Positions 31,165 through 41,071 of a DNA stretch of 64,000 nucleotides are shown here, piece after piece. The DNA is from an uncultured delta proteobacterium (lineage in GTDB: Bacteria; Desulfobacterota; Binatia; UBA9968). Within the stretch, counting starts at the first letter, position 1. Every line of letters begins with the position of its first letter. The notes below the pieces were generated by a model. It did no database searches. It was not told the origin of the DNA and saw nothing but the letters and a program-made list of their open reading frames with translations. The position numbers and the translations under genes were made by a program. The stretch is from NCBI GenBank assembly GCA_963737905.1, contig CAVTUQ010000010.1, forward strand, positions 1 to 64,000, read 5' to 3'.

Positions 31165-32169
31165 ATGAGTGAATATCATGAGGTGCAACTCCAGCAGAAC
31201 GAAACAGTAACTGCATCCATCGAGAACGAGCTCACTTCCATCGCGAACCAAAGCGGCATCGGAAACAACAACGTCGCACGAATTGCCATCTTAGCGGTTG
31301 CTGCGATTGGAATTCTGGCGTTACCCCTCGCCGTCTTGCTCTCAAGCCGTGCGCGTCTGTTACAGAAGCTGCCGATTTTTGTCGGATCGCACTCTAGTCC
31401 CATGACCACTGAAAGCGTAGTTCTCGCGGTGGATACATTCGGTCTTACGATACGAGCCAAAAACGCCTCTTCATCAACACGAGAACTGTTCGAACAGATT
31501 GCTGTGGAGCATCTCGCGAAGCTTCACCGCACTTATAGCCGCTGGGCCGACGGAAACGGCGATTTGATGGGGAGTCTCTCGCTAAAATTGACGCTGGATG
31601 CCACCGGGACAGTGGTCAGTGTCGACCCACTAGCTTCACACGTAACGAATGCCAATTTCACAAGAACTGTGATGGAGGACGTTCGCAAGTGGAAATTTCC
31701 CAGAGGAAGAGTGGAAGCCGCCGAAATAACGGTCCCACTGCTGTTTGTTCCGAAGGGAATGGATCCGGAGACAGTCGTTCAGTGGGAACGCAAGTTTCGA
31801 AGCGCCGAGGAAGGCGAAACGCCGGCGGCCGGCATGCGTATTGCCAGTAAGGCGGCTATTTCCACGGTGGGCGGGGGCACTCCGATGGTCTCAGCATCCG
31901 TGCCCGATTCCGATCAGCCTAAAACAACCAAGTCTTCCACCGTTCATTCCCCCAAACCTAAGACTGAAGAAACGCTCACCGCCGCTAAGACAAACCGCCC
32001 CGTAGCTATCAGAGAAAATCCTCGCTTCTCAGCCAAAAAAGTTCTCGATGTTGACGAAGATACCGAGTTAAGCATCGTCGAGAACAAAGGCGATTGGCTC
32101 AAAGTAAAAATAGCCGATGCTGGCTTCATCGGCTTTGTTAGAAAAGAATTTGTCTCGCCGATCAACTAG
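31165..32169 (+). CDS. Membrane-anchored protein with TonB-C/AgmX-PglI-like domain and C-terminal bacterial SH3 domain
   Basis: One TM helix; GSLSLKLTLDATGTV...VRKWKFP...ITVPLLF; IRENP...GDWLKV...GFV. Confidence 0.7.
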   Translation: MSEYHEVQLQQNETVTASIENELTSIANQSGIGNNNVARIAILAVAAIGILALPLAVLLSSRARLLQKLPIFVGSHSSPMTTESVVLAVDTFGLTIRAKNASSSTRELFEQIAVEHLAKLHRTYSRWADGNGDLMGSLSLKLTLDATGTVVSVDPLASHVTNANFTRTVMEDVRKWKFPRGRVEAAEITVPLLFVPKGMDPETVVQWERKFRSAEEGETPAAGMRIASKAAISTVGGGTPMVSASVPDSDQPKTTKSSTVHSPKPKTEETLTAAKTNRPVAIRENPRFSAKKVLDVDEDTELSIVENKGDWLKVKIADAGFIGFVRKEFVSPIN

Positions 32170-32304
32170 CCGATTGCTGAAAAAGCCTTTGGGAGTCCTT
32201 CGACCGGGCTCAGGACGAACGGAGGAAACTTGATATTGTTGATGAATTTCCGTTCATGCTGAAGTTCTCGAAGCATTCTTAATCTTTTTTTTCACCAACC
32301 TGTC
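32169..32304. mobile_element. MITE-like element at a stop codon with a different internal palindrome
   Basis: gccgattgctgaaaaag ... tttttcaccaacctgtc enclosing cttcgaccgggctcaggacgaacgg...ccgttcatgctgaagttctcgaag. Confidence 0.6.
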
Positions 32305-32536
32305 AGTGAGTTGTAAGGCTGAGTCGCTCAGGCCCAACAGAGCTAAGAGTTCCTCATCGAACCCGTCCCTGCACACAATTGTTTCGGAGTGCCTCCTTGA
32401 CTCCGCTACGCTTCTTCTAAAGCTTCTCGAGAATCCAAACTCAAAATCGCCTTCCGTGTGTCTTGCCGTCAACGTCGGTCTGAGGTATTGGATAGCTCAT
32501 AGATCGCTCACGATAAATCGCGGAGAATTGCTAAAA

Positions 32537-32947
32537 ATGTCCGCTCTTAGAAAGGCCGCCGCATCCGTGGCATCGGAAAATTTTGGCTATCCAACGGGGA
32601 TGGTCTGGTGTCCGATGAAAAGGAGCGGTATGGCCATCATGAAGTGCGCGCGATTGCAGAAGGAACTCGGGTGCGGAACTCGTCGAGAGCTTCAAATGCT
32701 TAAAGCAACCAAGCCCGAACGTGTTGTTCTCTTCTGGCCCTGGCTCCGAAATCGAGGCGAGTGCCCAGAGCGGGCGACCGAAAAGCAGATTCGAGAGATC
32801 CTACTGGTGCTTACCCCTCTGAAGCTAGTGGAGCGCAGCAGAAAAAATCCGCGGACTTACCAGTGTCCGAGGTGCGGAGGTCCGAAGATCTTCGGTGCGC
32901 GTCAGTGCCGCCAATGCTGGCTCATTTCGGTGAGGAGATCGGTGTGA
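32537..32947 (+). CDS. Hypothetical Cys-rich, basic protein with a C-terminal zinc ribbon
   Basis: CPRC...CRQC; four further Cys residues; start uncertain. Confidence 0.6.
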   Translation: MSALRKAAASVASENFGYPTGMVWCPMKRSGMAIMKCARLQKELGCGTRRELQMLKATKPERVVLFWPWLRNRGECPERATEKQIREILLVLTPLKLVERSRKNPRTYQCPRCGGPKIFGARQCRQCWLISVRRSV

Positions 32948-32990
32948 CGGTTCAACTACTCGAACGATTTGAAATGCTTCAACTATTATT

Positions 32991-33317
32991 ATGATGAATT
33001 CGGAACGGCAAAAGCGGGAAAAAGAAATCGAGAGGCTCATGCAGGGGACGGGTGTAAGCCAAGAGGCAGACGCCGCTTTCCAGGAAGAAGTCAGGAAAGC
33101 CGCTGCCGCCATGGTTGAGCAAGAAACGAGCAGGATTCAGAAAAGTGAGCGAACGGAGCGGCGTAAACGAGCGATCAGCCCGGCGACAGCTGGCCTATGG
33201 CTGCTCGCGATCGGAGCCGGACTGACATTTGCCATGCCGATCCTGGGAGAGGTGCTTATCGTTTGCGGTGTTGCCGCCATCATCTGGGCTACTTTTCTGA
33301 AGCCGTCAAAAAAATAG
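32991..33317 (+). CDS. Hypothetical protein with two C-terminal TM helices
   Basis: Charged helical N-terminus followed by two hydrophobic segments. Confidence 0.7.
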   Translation: MMNSERQKREKEIERLMQGTGVSQEADAAFQEEVRKAAAAMVEQETSRIQKSERTERRKRAISPATAGLWLLAIGAGLTFAMPILGEVLIVCGVAAIIWATFLKPSKK

Positions 33318-33739
33318 CTCTCCACCACTTGTGGTGAGTCCGTTTATCCGTCTTCTCGCGACCGCGACTCTTGTTACGAGCCAAACTCACAGGTTTCTCG
33401 CAACGGAAACGTTGCCTCTCCCCTCTTCCTTCTCAATTCGAACATCGGGTTTTGTCAATCGTTTTTTCAATCTCGCCCGGGGTCAAAAGGACGAGACGAT
33501 TTGAGCTCGCTTTCAGCTCGTGACCAAGCCAGACTTCAAGTTGACACCAAAGTGCCTTATCAGATATTTTCCGCCACAAATGGCGCACCGTACCAATTAA
33601 GTCAATCGGTCGCTGAAAGCCAAGTTTGCTTTCCGTTTCGACAACCAGTCGCTCAATTTTTCAGAGGTCAGACTGAATCGAACAAGACGTGCTCCAGTGC
33701 AAATCGAAAGCACGGTAAATAACAAGGAAGGAAAGAACC

Positions 33740-34906
33740 ATGGCATTGAGTTTTGACGAGAACGAAATGTTAACCCGTGTGGGTCCCGGGACGCCTGGAG
33801 GCGACTTATTGCGCCGTTATTGGCATCCCGTCGGGTTTTCTACGGAATTAAAGGATAGACCGAAGCGGAGAAGGCTTCTAGGCGAAGACCTCGTTCTCTT
33901 TCGCGATGATGCCCGCAGACTCGGGTTACTTGAGCTACGGTGCTTACACAGAGGAACTTCTCTTGAATTCGGCCATATCGAGGATGGCGGCCTGCGTTGT
34001 TGTTACCATGGTTGGCTTTACGATGTTGACGGGCGTGTGTTGGAGCAGCCGGGCGAGCCGCCGGAGAGCAGCTTTAAAGAGCGCATTCGTCAACGCGCCT
34101 ATAAGGTTCAAGAGCTTGCCGGGATCATTTTTGCCTACCTCGGTCCCGACCCGGCGCCGCTCTTGCCCCGCTACGATGTACTGGTGCGAGAAGACGGAGT
34201 TCGATCCTTGAGCGCGCGGCTGGTTCACTGCAACTATTTGCAAATGGTGGAGAACAGCGTCGATCAGCACCATTTCAAGTGGCTCCATCGAACTCCCAAG
34301 ACCAGGCACTGGAAAGAAGAAAAGCTCACTTCTGAAGTTACCGATTTCGGCATCCGCGACACGTTTACGCGCCGTGTGGGAGACGATTACTTCAGGACCA
34401 TAAGCTTATTTCTCATGCCCAATATGAACAAAGTCGGTTATCACCTGTCTGAAGACCATCCGGCCGCCTTTGCCGCTACTCACGAAGGATATGAGGCGCT
34501 ACGCTGGCGTGTTGCAGTGGATGACACTACGACCATGCACTTCACGCTCTACTTCGCTCCGAGCGTCGACGGCAAGGTAGCGGCGAAGATTCCTGAAGAT
34601 CGACAGCACGAAGGTCTCGGCGATAGCATTCCGGGGAAATATCGCTGGGACGAGGAAACGGGTTGGATTGCACGAGGCGATCAGGACCGCTGCGCGCAGG
34701 AGAGTCAAGGACCGGTTTTGGACCGAACGGCAGAACACCTGGGCGTGTCCGACGAAGGTGTCATCCTGCTGCGGCGGTTATTCAAGGACTGCATCGAATC
34801 GGTGGAGAAGGGACAAGATCCCGTGGGCGTTGTTCGAGATACGGCGAAAAACGAAATCATTCGCCTGGTGCCAGGCGAGTACAAGGTCAATCCAGCGGGG
34901 TTATAA
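33740..34906 (+). CDS. Rieske non-heme iron oxygenase alpha subunit (phthalate 4,5-dioxygenase/LigXa-like), type A1
   Basis: RVGPGTPGG..LRRYW; CLH...CCYHGW; ENSVDQHH...H; QDRCAQESQG. Confidence 0.92.
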   Translation: MALSFDENEMLTRVGPGTPGGDLLRRYWHPVGFSTELKDRPKRRRLLGEDLVLFRDDARRLGLLELRCLHRGTSLEFGHIEDGGLRCCYHGWLYDVDGRVLEQPGEPPESSFKERIRQRAYKVQELAGIIFAYLGPDPAPLLPRYDVLVREDGVRSLSARLVHCNYLQMVENSVDQHHFKWLHRTPKTRHWKEEKLTSEVTDFGIRDTFTRRVGDDYFRTISLFLMPNMNKVGYHLSEDHPAAFAATHEGYEALRWRVAVDDTTTMHFTLYFAPSVDGKVAAKIPEDRQHEGLGDSIPGKYRWDEETGWIARGDQDRCAQESQGPVLDRTAEHLGVSDEGVILLRRLFKDCIESVEKGQDPVGVVRDTAKNEIIRLVPGEYKVNPAGL

Positions 34907-34907
34907 A

Positions 34908-35999
34908 ATGCGGCCATCTGGAAACGGCTTTCTTTGGTTAGGAATAGTAGGTTTAGCCGCCACGTTAGTTGGAACTTGCCCGGTCGATGCAGCGGAAAGC
35001 GTGGACGCGATTGTCGCCGCCTCCAAAAAAGAGGGAGATGAGATTGTCTTTGTCGCCGGAGCGCAAACTTTCGGCGGACGAAAAGGCCTCGCCGAGCTGG
35101 AGACGGGCTTTAACAAGAGATTCGGCCTCAAAGCAAATATCAATTTCGCCGCCGGTCCGGATATGAATGCGCGAGCGGCGCGGCTTATCACCGAGGTAAA
35201 AGCCGGCAGAAAATCTTCCACCGATCTCTACCTCGGCTCGCAATCCCATTTCGCGCTGCTCCATAAGGAGAACGCACTAGAGATAGTGAACTATTCAGGA
35301 ATATTTCCCTGGTTAACCAAAGAGATGGAGATCTTTCCCGGAGAGGGGGTGCTCGTTTACACGTCGCCCAACGGGATCATTTACAACACCAATTTGATTC
35401 CCAAGGACAAGGCGCCGAAGAACTACATGGACTTGATTGATCCTCGCCTAAGCCCCATGTGGGCGGGGAAGTTGGCGATCCCGCCCTACGTAGCATGGCT
35501 TGCTGAGTTGTCCCTGGCGTGGGGACAGGAAAAAGTGAAAGATTTTGCCCGCAAACTGGTTGCCATCAGCGGCGGCCGGCTCCGGTACAGCGAGGAGGAA
35601 CGGATTGTCAGCGGGGAATTTCCGATCATGGCGAATATCGGAGATGCCTTCGGAGCAATGTGGACCTGGCAGGCCAAGGGAGCGCCGTTGGTTGGTGTGC
35701 CTGGTCTGAATCCGATCAATACCGACTACTTCCAGTTAGGCGTTCCAAAAAACGCCGCACATCCGAACCTGGCAAAGTTGTTCGTCGCTTTCATGGCCTC
35801 CAAGGAGGCGCAGGCCGTTCTGCAGAAGCACGAATCCCGTAGTTCTCATCTCGTAGAGGGTACGATAATGGCGAAATATCTCCGGGATAATCATATCAAG
35901 GTCCAAGAGCCCAAGGAGTCGATCGATTATTACCTCAAGGGAGACTCGGCGGAGGGGCTACAATTCAAAGAAGATCTAGCGAAGATACTGAAGCAATAA
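34908..35999 (+). CDS. Extracellular solute-binding protein (Fe3+/polyamine-type cluster)
   Basis: Signal peptide; IYNTNLIP...PKNY.DL.DP...GK; PKNAAHPNLAKLFV.F..S.EAQ. Confidence 0.85.
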   Translation: MRPSGNGFLWLGIVGLAATLVGTCPVDAAESVDAIVAASKKEGDEIVFVAGAQTFGGRKGLAELETGFNKRFGLKANINFAAGPDMNARAARLITEVKAGRKSSTDLYLGSQSHFALLHKENALEIVNYSGIFPWLTKEMEIFPGEGVLVYTSPNGIIYNTNLIPKDKAPKNYMDLIDPRLSPMWAGKLAIPPYVAWLAELSLAWGQEKVKDFARKLVAISGGRLRYSEEERIVSGEFPIMANIGDAFGAMWTWQAKGAPLVGVPGLNPINTDYFQLGVPKNAAHPNLAKLFVAFMASKEAQAVLQKHESRSSHLVEGTIMAKYLRDNHIKVQEPKESIDYYLKGDSAEGLQFKEDLAKILKQ

Positions 36000-36000
36000 A

Positions 36001-36173
36001 CAGGCCGATGAAAAAAGCCCACCTGCTTCGTTGCGCTTCGATCGACTCGCTCTAGTTGGCTTATGGCGTATGGCTCATAGCGTATGGTTCGTATGTTTCA
36101 ACTATATGCCATAAGCTATCAGCCATATGCGAACTACGCGCGCCTCGCATCTGGGACTTTTTTGATCGGCCTG
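36001..36173. mobile_element. MITE-like element with a nested TATGGC/GCCATA 7-mer palindrome
   Basis: CAGGCCGATGAAAAAAG ... CTTTTTTGATCGGCCTG; near-identical to 42146-42318. Confidence 0.85.
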
Positions 36174-36202
36174 AAAACCGGCTTGATCAAAAGGAGGAAA
36201 TA

Positions 36203-37183
36203 TTGAAGATCGTAATTTTGGCAGTTAGCCTGCTTTTATCTTTTTCTCCCGTTGCCTCGGCTCAGCTCACCAAATTGATCGCTGGCTACGGTTCAATTAG
36301 CTCAGCGCAGTTGCCAGCCTGGATGGCGAAAGAATCAGGAATATTTCGCCAAAACGGTTTGGAGGTCGAGCTGGTTTTTTTTAGAGGAAGCACCACCGCG
36401 GTGATGGCCCTACTAGCAAGGGAAACCCCGATAAGTCAGGTGACTGGTCCGCCGGTCGTGAGTGCAAGCCTCAGGGGCGCCGATTCGGTGATGGTTGCTG
36501 GGGGAGCCGTGGTCGCGGACTACTGGCTCATGAGTCGATCAGAGACCAAAACCGCTGAGGAGCTCAAAGGGGGCTCCGTTGCCGTCTCCACGTTTGGCGG
36601 CCAGTCCGAGTTTGTCGCTCGCATTGCGCTGAAGAAGCTCGGCCTGACTCCGGGGAAGGATGTCACAATGGTGCAGATCGGAGCGCCACCGGATCGCCTG
36701 ACTGCCTTGCAGACAGGAAAGGTCCGAGGCGCTTTGCTCAACCCACCCGACAGCTTCGTCGGCGAGAAAAAGGGCTTTTACACTCTAGTGCAGGTGAGCG
36801 TGGCTACTCAGAGCACCGGAGTGGCAACAACTCGTAGATTCATTCGGGAAAATCCTGACGTCGTCAAAAAATACGTCAGGTCTCAGATCGAGGCTGTCCA
36901 CCGAATTAAGACAGATCGGGTGGCCGGGATGAATGTCCTCGTGAAATACCTCGGCCCGCAGGACAAGGAGATTCTAGAAAAAACCTACGATGACGCTAGC
37001 AATGACCGAAAGCTTCCTCCTAAACAATATCCGACACTGGAAGGCATCAAGAACATCTTAGATCCGCTAGCGGAGACGGATCCTAAGGCAAAGGCTGCCA
37101 AGCCTGAGGACTTTGTCGATATGAGTTTTATTCGAGAGCTGGATCAGAGCGGATACATTGACAGTCTATACAAGAAGAGATGA
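36203..37183 (+). CDS. NitT/TauT family ABC substrate-binding protein
   Basis: RBS aggagg before TTG 36203; LPAWMAKESGIFRQNGLEV. Confidence 0.88.
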   Translation: MKIVILAVSLLLSFSPVASAQLTKLIAGYGSISSAQLPAWMAKESGIFRQNGLEVELVFFRGSTTAVMALLARETPISQVTGPPVVSASLRGADSVMVAGGAVVADYWLMSRSETKTAEELKGGSVAVSTFGGQSEFVARIALKKLGLTPGKDVTMVQIGAPPDRLTALQTGKVRGALLNPPDSFVGEKKGFYTLVQVSVATQSTGVATTRRFIRENPDVVKKYVRSQIEAVHRIKTDRVAGMNVLVKYLGPQDKEILEKTYDDASNDRKLPPKQYPTLEGIKNILDPLAETDPKAKAAKPEDFVDMSFIRELDQSGYIDSLYKKR

Positions 37184-37306
37184 TTCGAACAAGAACTCGA
37201 CGTAATAGGAAATGGAATAATGGAGTGATGGATTTAAATTCCAATCTCAGTACTCCACCGTTCTGACCTTGCCGGATGCCCACGTTAGAAAGAAGGGGAT
37301 AGACCC

Positions 37307-38443
37307 ATGTTGTCGAAGGAAGAAAACGAATTATTGACACGAGTGGGACCCGGAACGCCCGCAGGGGAGATGCTCAGACGCTACTGGTGGCCGGTGGGAT
37401 TTACCGAGCAGGTCAAGTTGAAAGGCAGTCCGACTCGCGTTCGACTGCTCAGCGAGGACCTGGTTCTCTTTCGCGATGGCAGCGGCAAGCTAGGACTCTT
37501 AGGCCTCCACTGCTCGCACCGTGGGACTTCCCTGGAGTTCGGCCGAGTCGAAGATTCCGGCATTCGGTGCTGCTATCACGGCTGGCTTTACGATGTTGGC
37601 GGGCGATGTTTAGATCAGCCGGCGGAGCCTGAAAACGGTACTTTCAAGAACCGTGTCCAACATCCGGTTTACCAAGCTCAGGAAATCGGCGGATTCATCT
37701 TTGCTTACCTTGGTCCTGAGCCCGCTCCGTTATTGCCGAACTATGACTTGTTTCTCAGGGACGACGGCGAGCGCCACATTGGAGCGGGTCATGATTTTTG
37801 CAATTGGCTGCAGCGAGCTGAGAACTCGGTCGACCAGACGCATCTCGTCGCGCTTCATGCCCCGGAATACCCGCACATGGCTTTGAAGCGGCCGGTGATC
37901 GGCTGGGAGAGAACGCGCTATGGGGCGAAGATCTCCATGCATGTGCCGGATGTAACGAAGCCGAAGCTTTCGCACTGGGTATTTCCCTCGCACACCCGCC
38001 ACACCACGGCGCGCCGCGGGCGCATACCCGACCACGCGATTCGCTTCCGCGTTCCGATGGACGATACAAATACGATGACTTTCTGGCTGAGATTCTATCC
38101 GCATAGTGACGAAGAGCACGCGAAGCCTTTCGTCATGAAAACCCTCGGGTTCGAAGACGACCAGCCGGGCGTCTATACGCGCGTCGAAGACGGCTGGTGG
38201 GGTATTGCCTCACATGACCAGGATCGCGTAGCCCAGGAGAGTCAGGGGCTCATCTATGACCGGACCAAAGAACATCTTGGGGCCTCGGACCAGGGCGTTA
38301 TCATGCTGCGCAACATGATCAAAGAATCCATCGACGCCGTTGGGCAAGGCAAAGATCCCATCTGGATTATCCGAGACGCGAGCCAAAACGAAAATATAAC
38401 TTTCGATGCCAGCATGCAGCAGGAGATCGGAGCGTTGGGGTAG
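37307..38443 (+). CDS. Rieske oxygenase alpha subunit, type B1
   Basis: CSH...CCYHGW; ENSVDQTH...H; QDRVAQESQG. Confidence 0.92.
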   Translation: MLSKEENELLTRVGPGTPAGEMLRRYWWPVGFTEQVKLKGSPTRVRLLSEDLVLFRDGSGKLGLLGLHCSHRGTSLEFGRVEDSGIRCCYHGWLYDVGGRCLDQPAEPENGTFKNRVQHPVYQAQEIGGFIFAYLGPEPAPLLPNYDLFLRDDGERHIGAGHDFCNWLQRAENSVDQTHLVALHAPEYPHMALKRPVIGWERTRYGAKISMHVPDVTKPKLSHWVFPSHTRHTTARRGRIPDHAIRFRVPMDDTNTMTFWLRFYPHSDEEHAKPFVMKTLGFEDDQPGVYTRVEDGWWGIASHDQDRVAQESQGLIYDRTKEHLGASDQGVIMLRNMIKESIDAVGQGKDPIWIIRDASQNENITFDASMQQEIGALG

Positions 38444-38452
38444 ATTAAGGGC

Positions 38453-38546
38453 GTTCAAATCGTTCAAACGGTTCAAGCCGTTCAAAGCGCGCAGAAGCTC
38501 CGCCGAAGGCGGATCAGCCTCTGGCTGAGATTGAACAGCTTGAACG
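38453..38546. repeat. GTTCAA/TTGAAC 9-mer inverted tandem repeat with an internal hairpin
   Basis: gttcaaatc gttcaaacg gttcaagcc gttcaaag ... tccgccgaaggcgga ... ttgaacagcttgaac. Confidence 0.75.
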
Positions 38547-38608
38547 CATGGACCTCTAGGGTCAGACGCGCAGAGGGCGCGAAGTCGGAAACACTATAGG
38601 AGAGTACA

Positions 38609-39646
38609 ATGAAGCAACCTGTTCTTATTGCAGATAGCGTCGAAACTCTCAACCGAGATATGGCCAAGAAGAATCTCGGGGGGCATTGGCAGTTGGGTCT
38701 TGAAAGTTGTGCTCCGTACCCGGAGACCACGGTTCAGCCGTGCCTGTGGAAATGGCAGGATGTTTACGAAAGCTTGATGCGGGCCGGCGAAGTAGTCAGC
38801 ATGGAAGAGGCTGAACGTCGAACTGTGCGTCTGCTAAATCCTGCGCTCCGCGATCGTCAAGCGACCACGCATACGATTCATTTTTCGTTCCAGTATGTAA
38901 AAACAGGCGAACACGCAAGGCCGCACCGGCACACTGCCGCCGCTTTCCGCTTTATTCTCAAGGGAAGCGGTGCCTACACCACGGTCAATGGGCAAAAGTG
39001 CGTGATGGAAGAGGGCGATCTGATCCTGACGCCGCAACTTAGCTGGCATGATCACACGAACGACTCGGGAAAACCGATTATCTGGCTCGACGGGCTTGAC
39101 ATTCCCCTGGTCCAATCTCTACAGCAGCTTCTTTTTGAGCCGCACCCTGAGTACGCGCAGCCGATTGAGAAAACCAGCGAAGAGGTGGCCGGTTCATACG
39201 GTCTTGTTCGGCCAGCTGATGTACTGGCAACCGAGTTTTTTCACTACAAGTGGTCTGACACACATCGAAGATTAAACGCACTGCTTGAGGCGGCCGCTCC
39301 CAATTGCTTTGACGGCTACCTTTTGGAATATCGGAACCCAACAACAGAGGGTCCCACGATGCCGACGATCCAGTGCTCTTTGAGTCTTCTCCGCCCAAAT
39401 CAAGAAACCGAAGCGCATCGACACACCAGCACAGTCATCTACCACGCGTTTCGCGGCCGCGGCTCGAGTTTTGTTGGTGACGAGCGCTTTGATTGGGAAG
39501 CGGGGGACTCTTTCGTTGTCCCGCTTTGGTATCCCCATCGTCACGTCAATCGCGCGGCTTCGGAAGAAGCGATTCTGTTCTCGATGACCGATGCTCCAGT
39601 GTTAAAGTCTCTTGGTCTATATCGCGAGGAGCCGATGGGGGTATAG
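38609..39646 (+). CDS. Gentisate 1,2-dioxygenase-like bicupin
   Basis: AERRTVRLLNP, PHRHTAAAFRF, WHDHTN, WLDGLDIPLV, TGPTMPTI-like motif, HRHTS. Confidence 0.88.
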   Translation: MKQPVLIADSVETLNRDMAKKNLGGHWQLGLESCAPYPETTVQPCLWKWQDVYESLMRAGEVVSMEEAERRTVRLLNPALRDRQATTHTIHFSFQYVKTGEHARPHRHTAAAFRFILKGSGAYTTVNGQKCVMEEGDLILTPQLSWHDHTNDSGKPIIWLDGLDIPLVQSLQQLLFEPHPEYAQPIEKTSEEVAGSYGLVRPADVLATEFFHYKWSDTHRRLNALLEAAAPNCFDGYLLEYRNPTTEGPTMPTIQCSLSLLRPNQETEAHRHTSTVIYHAFRGRGSSFVGDERFDWEAGDSFVVPLWYPHRHVNRAASEEAILFSMTDAPVLKSLGLYREEPMGV

Positions 39647-39757
39647 GCAATGGAATAGTGGAGTACTGGAGTATTGGGGTGCTGGATTCAAGATGCCGGC
39701 ATTGCTTTACTCGAACGGAAGAATCATCGCCGTGTTCAGAAAGAGGAGATCGTTCCA

Positions 39758-40906
39758 ATGTTAACGAAGGAAGAGAACGAGTTTCTCACCAGAGTAGGGC
39801 CGGGGACGCCCGCGGGAGAAATGTTGCGGCGCTATTGGCATCCGATGGCGTTTGTCAAAGAACTGAAGGGAAGGCCGCTGCGCAGACGAATTTTGGGCGA
39901 AGATCTTGTTCTCTTTCGCGACGAGCAAAATCGACTGGGATTGCTCGCGCTCCGCTGCTCGCATCGCGGTACTTCTCTGGAATTCGGCCACCTGGAGGAT
40001 GGCGGTTTGCGTTGCTGCTACCATGGCTGGCTTTACGATGTCGAAGGGCGGGTGCTGGAAATGCCCGGCGAGCCTGGCGACAGCACCTTCGGGCAACGCG
40101 TTCGTCACCCCGCTTATAAAGTTCAAGAGTTGGGCGGTGTGGTTTTCGCCTATCTTGGACCCGAGCCGGCGTCGCTTCTGCCGCGCTGGGACGTGCTGGT
40201 CAGGGAGGACGGTGTGCGAGCTCGGCGAGCCAGAACCGTGAATTGTAATTTTTTTCAGATGATCGAAAATTCCGTGGATCAAAATCACTTGCGCTGGCTC
40301 CATCGAACAGCCTCGACGCCAACGTGGGAGGACGGCGAGATCAATCCTCAAGTTTTCGAATATGGCGTTTTGAACACTTACACCCGGCGGGTCGCCGATG
40401 GAAAACGATATGCTCACGTTAATTTTTTCGTCATGCCGACCATGAACAAAACCGGCAATGTCGAAGAGGGTCACCCGACGGAGCACCGCGCGAGCAGTGC
40501 AGGCGAGGTGATGCGTTGGCGAGTGCCCATCGACGACACCCATACGATGCACTTCACTGTGGAATTCGGCGCTACCGTCGATGGCGGGCCGGTCGCGAAA
40601 ATCATGAAGGATGCATCTGAGCAAGGACTTGTTGAGAGCAAGCCCGGGGTCTACAAATGGGATGAATCGATCAACTGGTTTGCTCGCGGAGACCAGGACC
40701 GGGTCGCGCAGGAGAGCCAGGGACCGATCTATGACCGGACCAGTGAGCATCTGGGCTACACGGATCGGGGTGTCATCCTTTTGCGCCGTCTCTATAAGGA
40801 ATCCATCGAAGCGGTGCAGAAAGGTCTGGATCCGCTGGGCGTCGTCAGAGACTTAGGGAAAAATGAGATGATTCGGCTGGTACCGCATGAAGATTTGCTG
40901 GATTAG
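39758..40906 (+). CDS. Rieske oxygenase alpha subunit, type A2
   Basis: CSH...CCYHGW; ENSVDQNH...H; GDQDRVAQESQG; RBS gaggag. Confidence 0.92.
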   Translation: MLTKEENEFLTRVGPGTPAGEMLRRYWHPMAFVKELKGRPLRRRILGEDLVLFRDEQNRLGLLALRCSHRGTSLEFGHLEDGGLRCCYHGWLYDVEGRVLEMPGEPGDSTFGQRVRHPAYKVQELGGVVFAYLGPEPASLLPRWDVLVREDGVRARRARTVNCNFFQMIENSVDQNHLRWLHRTASTPTWEDGEINPQVFEYGVLNTYTRRVADGKRYAHVNFFVMPTMNKTGNVEEGHPTEHRASSAGEVMRWRVPIDDTHTMHFTVEFGATVDGGPVAKIMKDASEQGLVESKPGVYKWDESINWFARGDQDRVAQESQGPIYDRTSEHLGYTDRGVILLRRLYKESIEAVQKGLDPLGVVRDLGKNEMIRLVPHEDLLD

Positions 40907-41034
40907 CAGACCGATGAAAAAGGCCCATCTGCTTCGTTGCGCCTCGATCGGCTCGCTCCAACGTACGACCGTAGTACGCCTCCGCTTGCCGATCATCGCG
41001 CGCCTTGCTGCTGAGACCTTTTTGATCGGTCTGC
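40906..41034. mobile_element. MITE-like element at a TAG stop codon
   Basis: GCAGACCGATGAAAAAGG ... CCTTTTTGATCGGTCTGC. Confidence 0.82.
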
Positions 41035-41071
41035 AAACTGGTATGGCCAGCAGCTGATGAGGGAGAATTCA

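Noticed and set aside
39761-40750. Long antisense ORFs (also 12060-12998, 9323-10075, 51559-52368)
   Set aside because: Typical high-GC shadow frames opposite confident genes.
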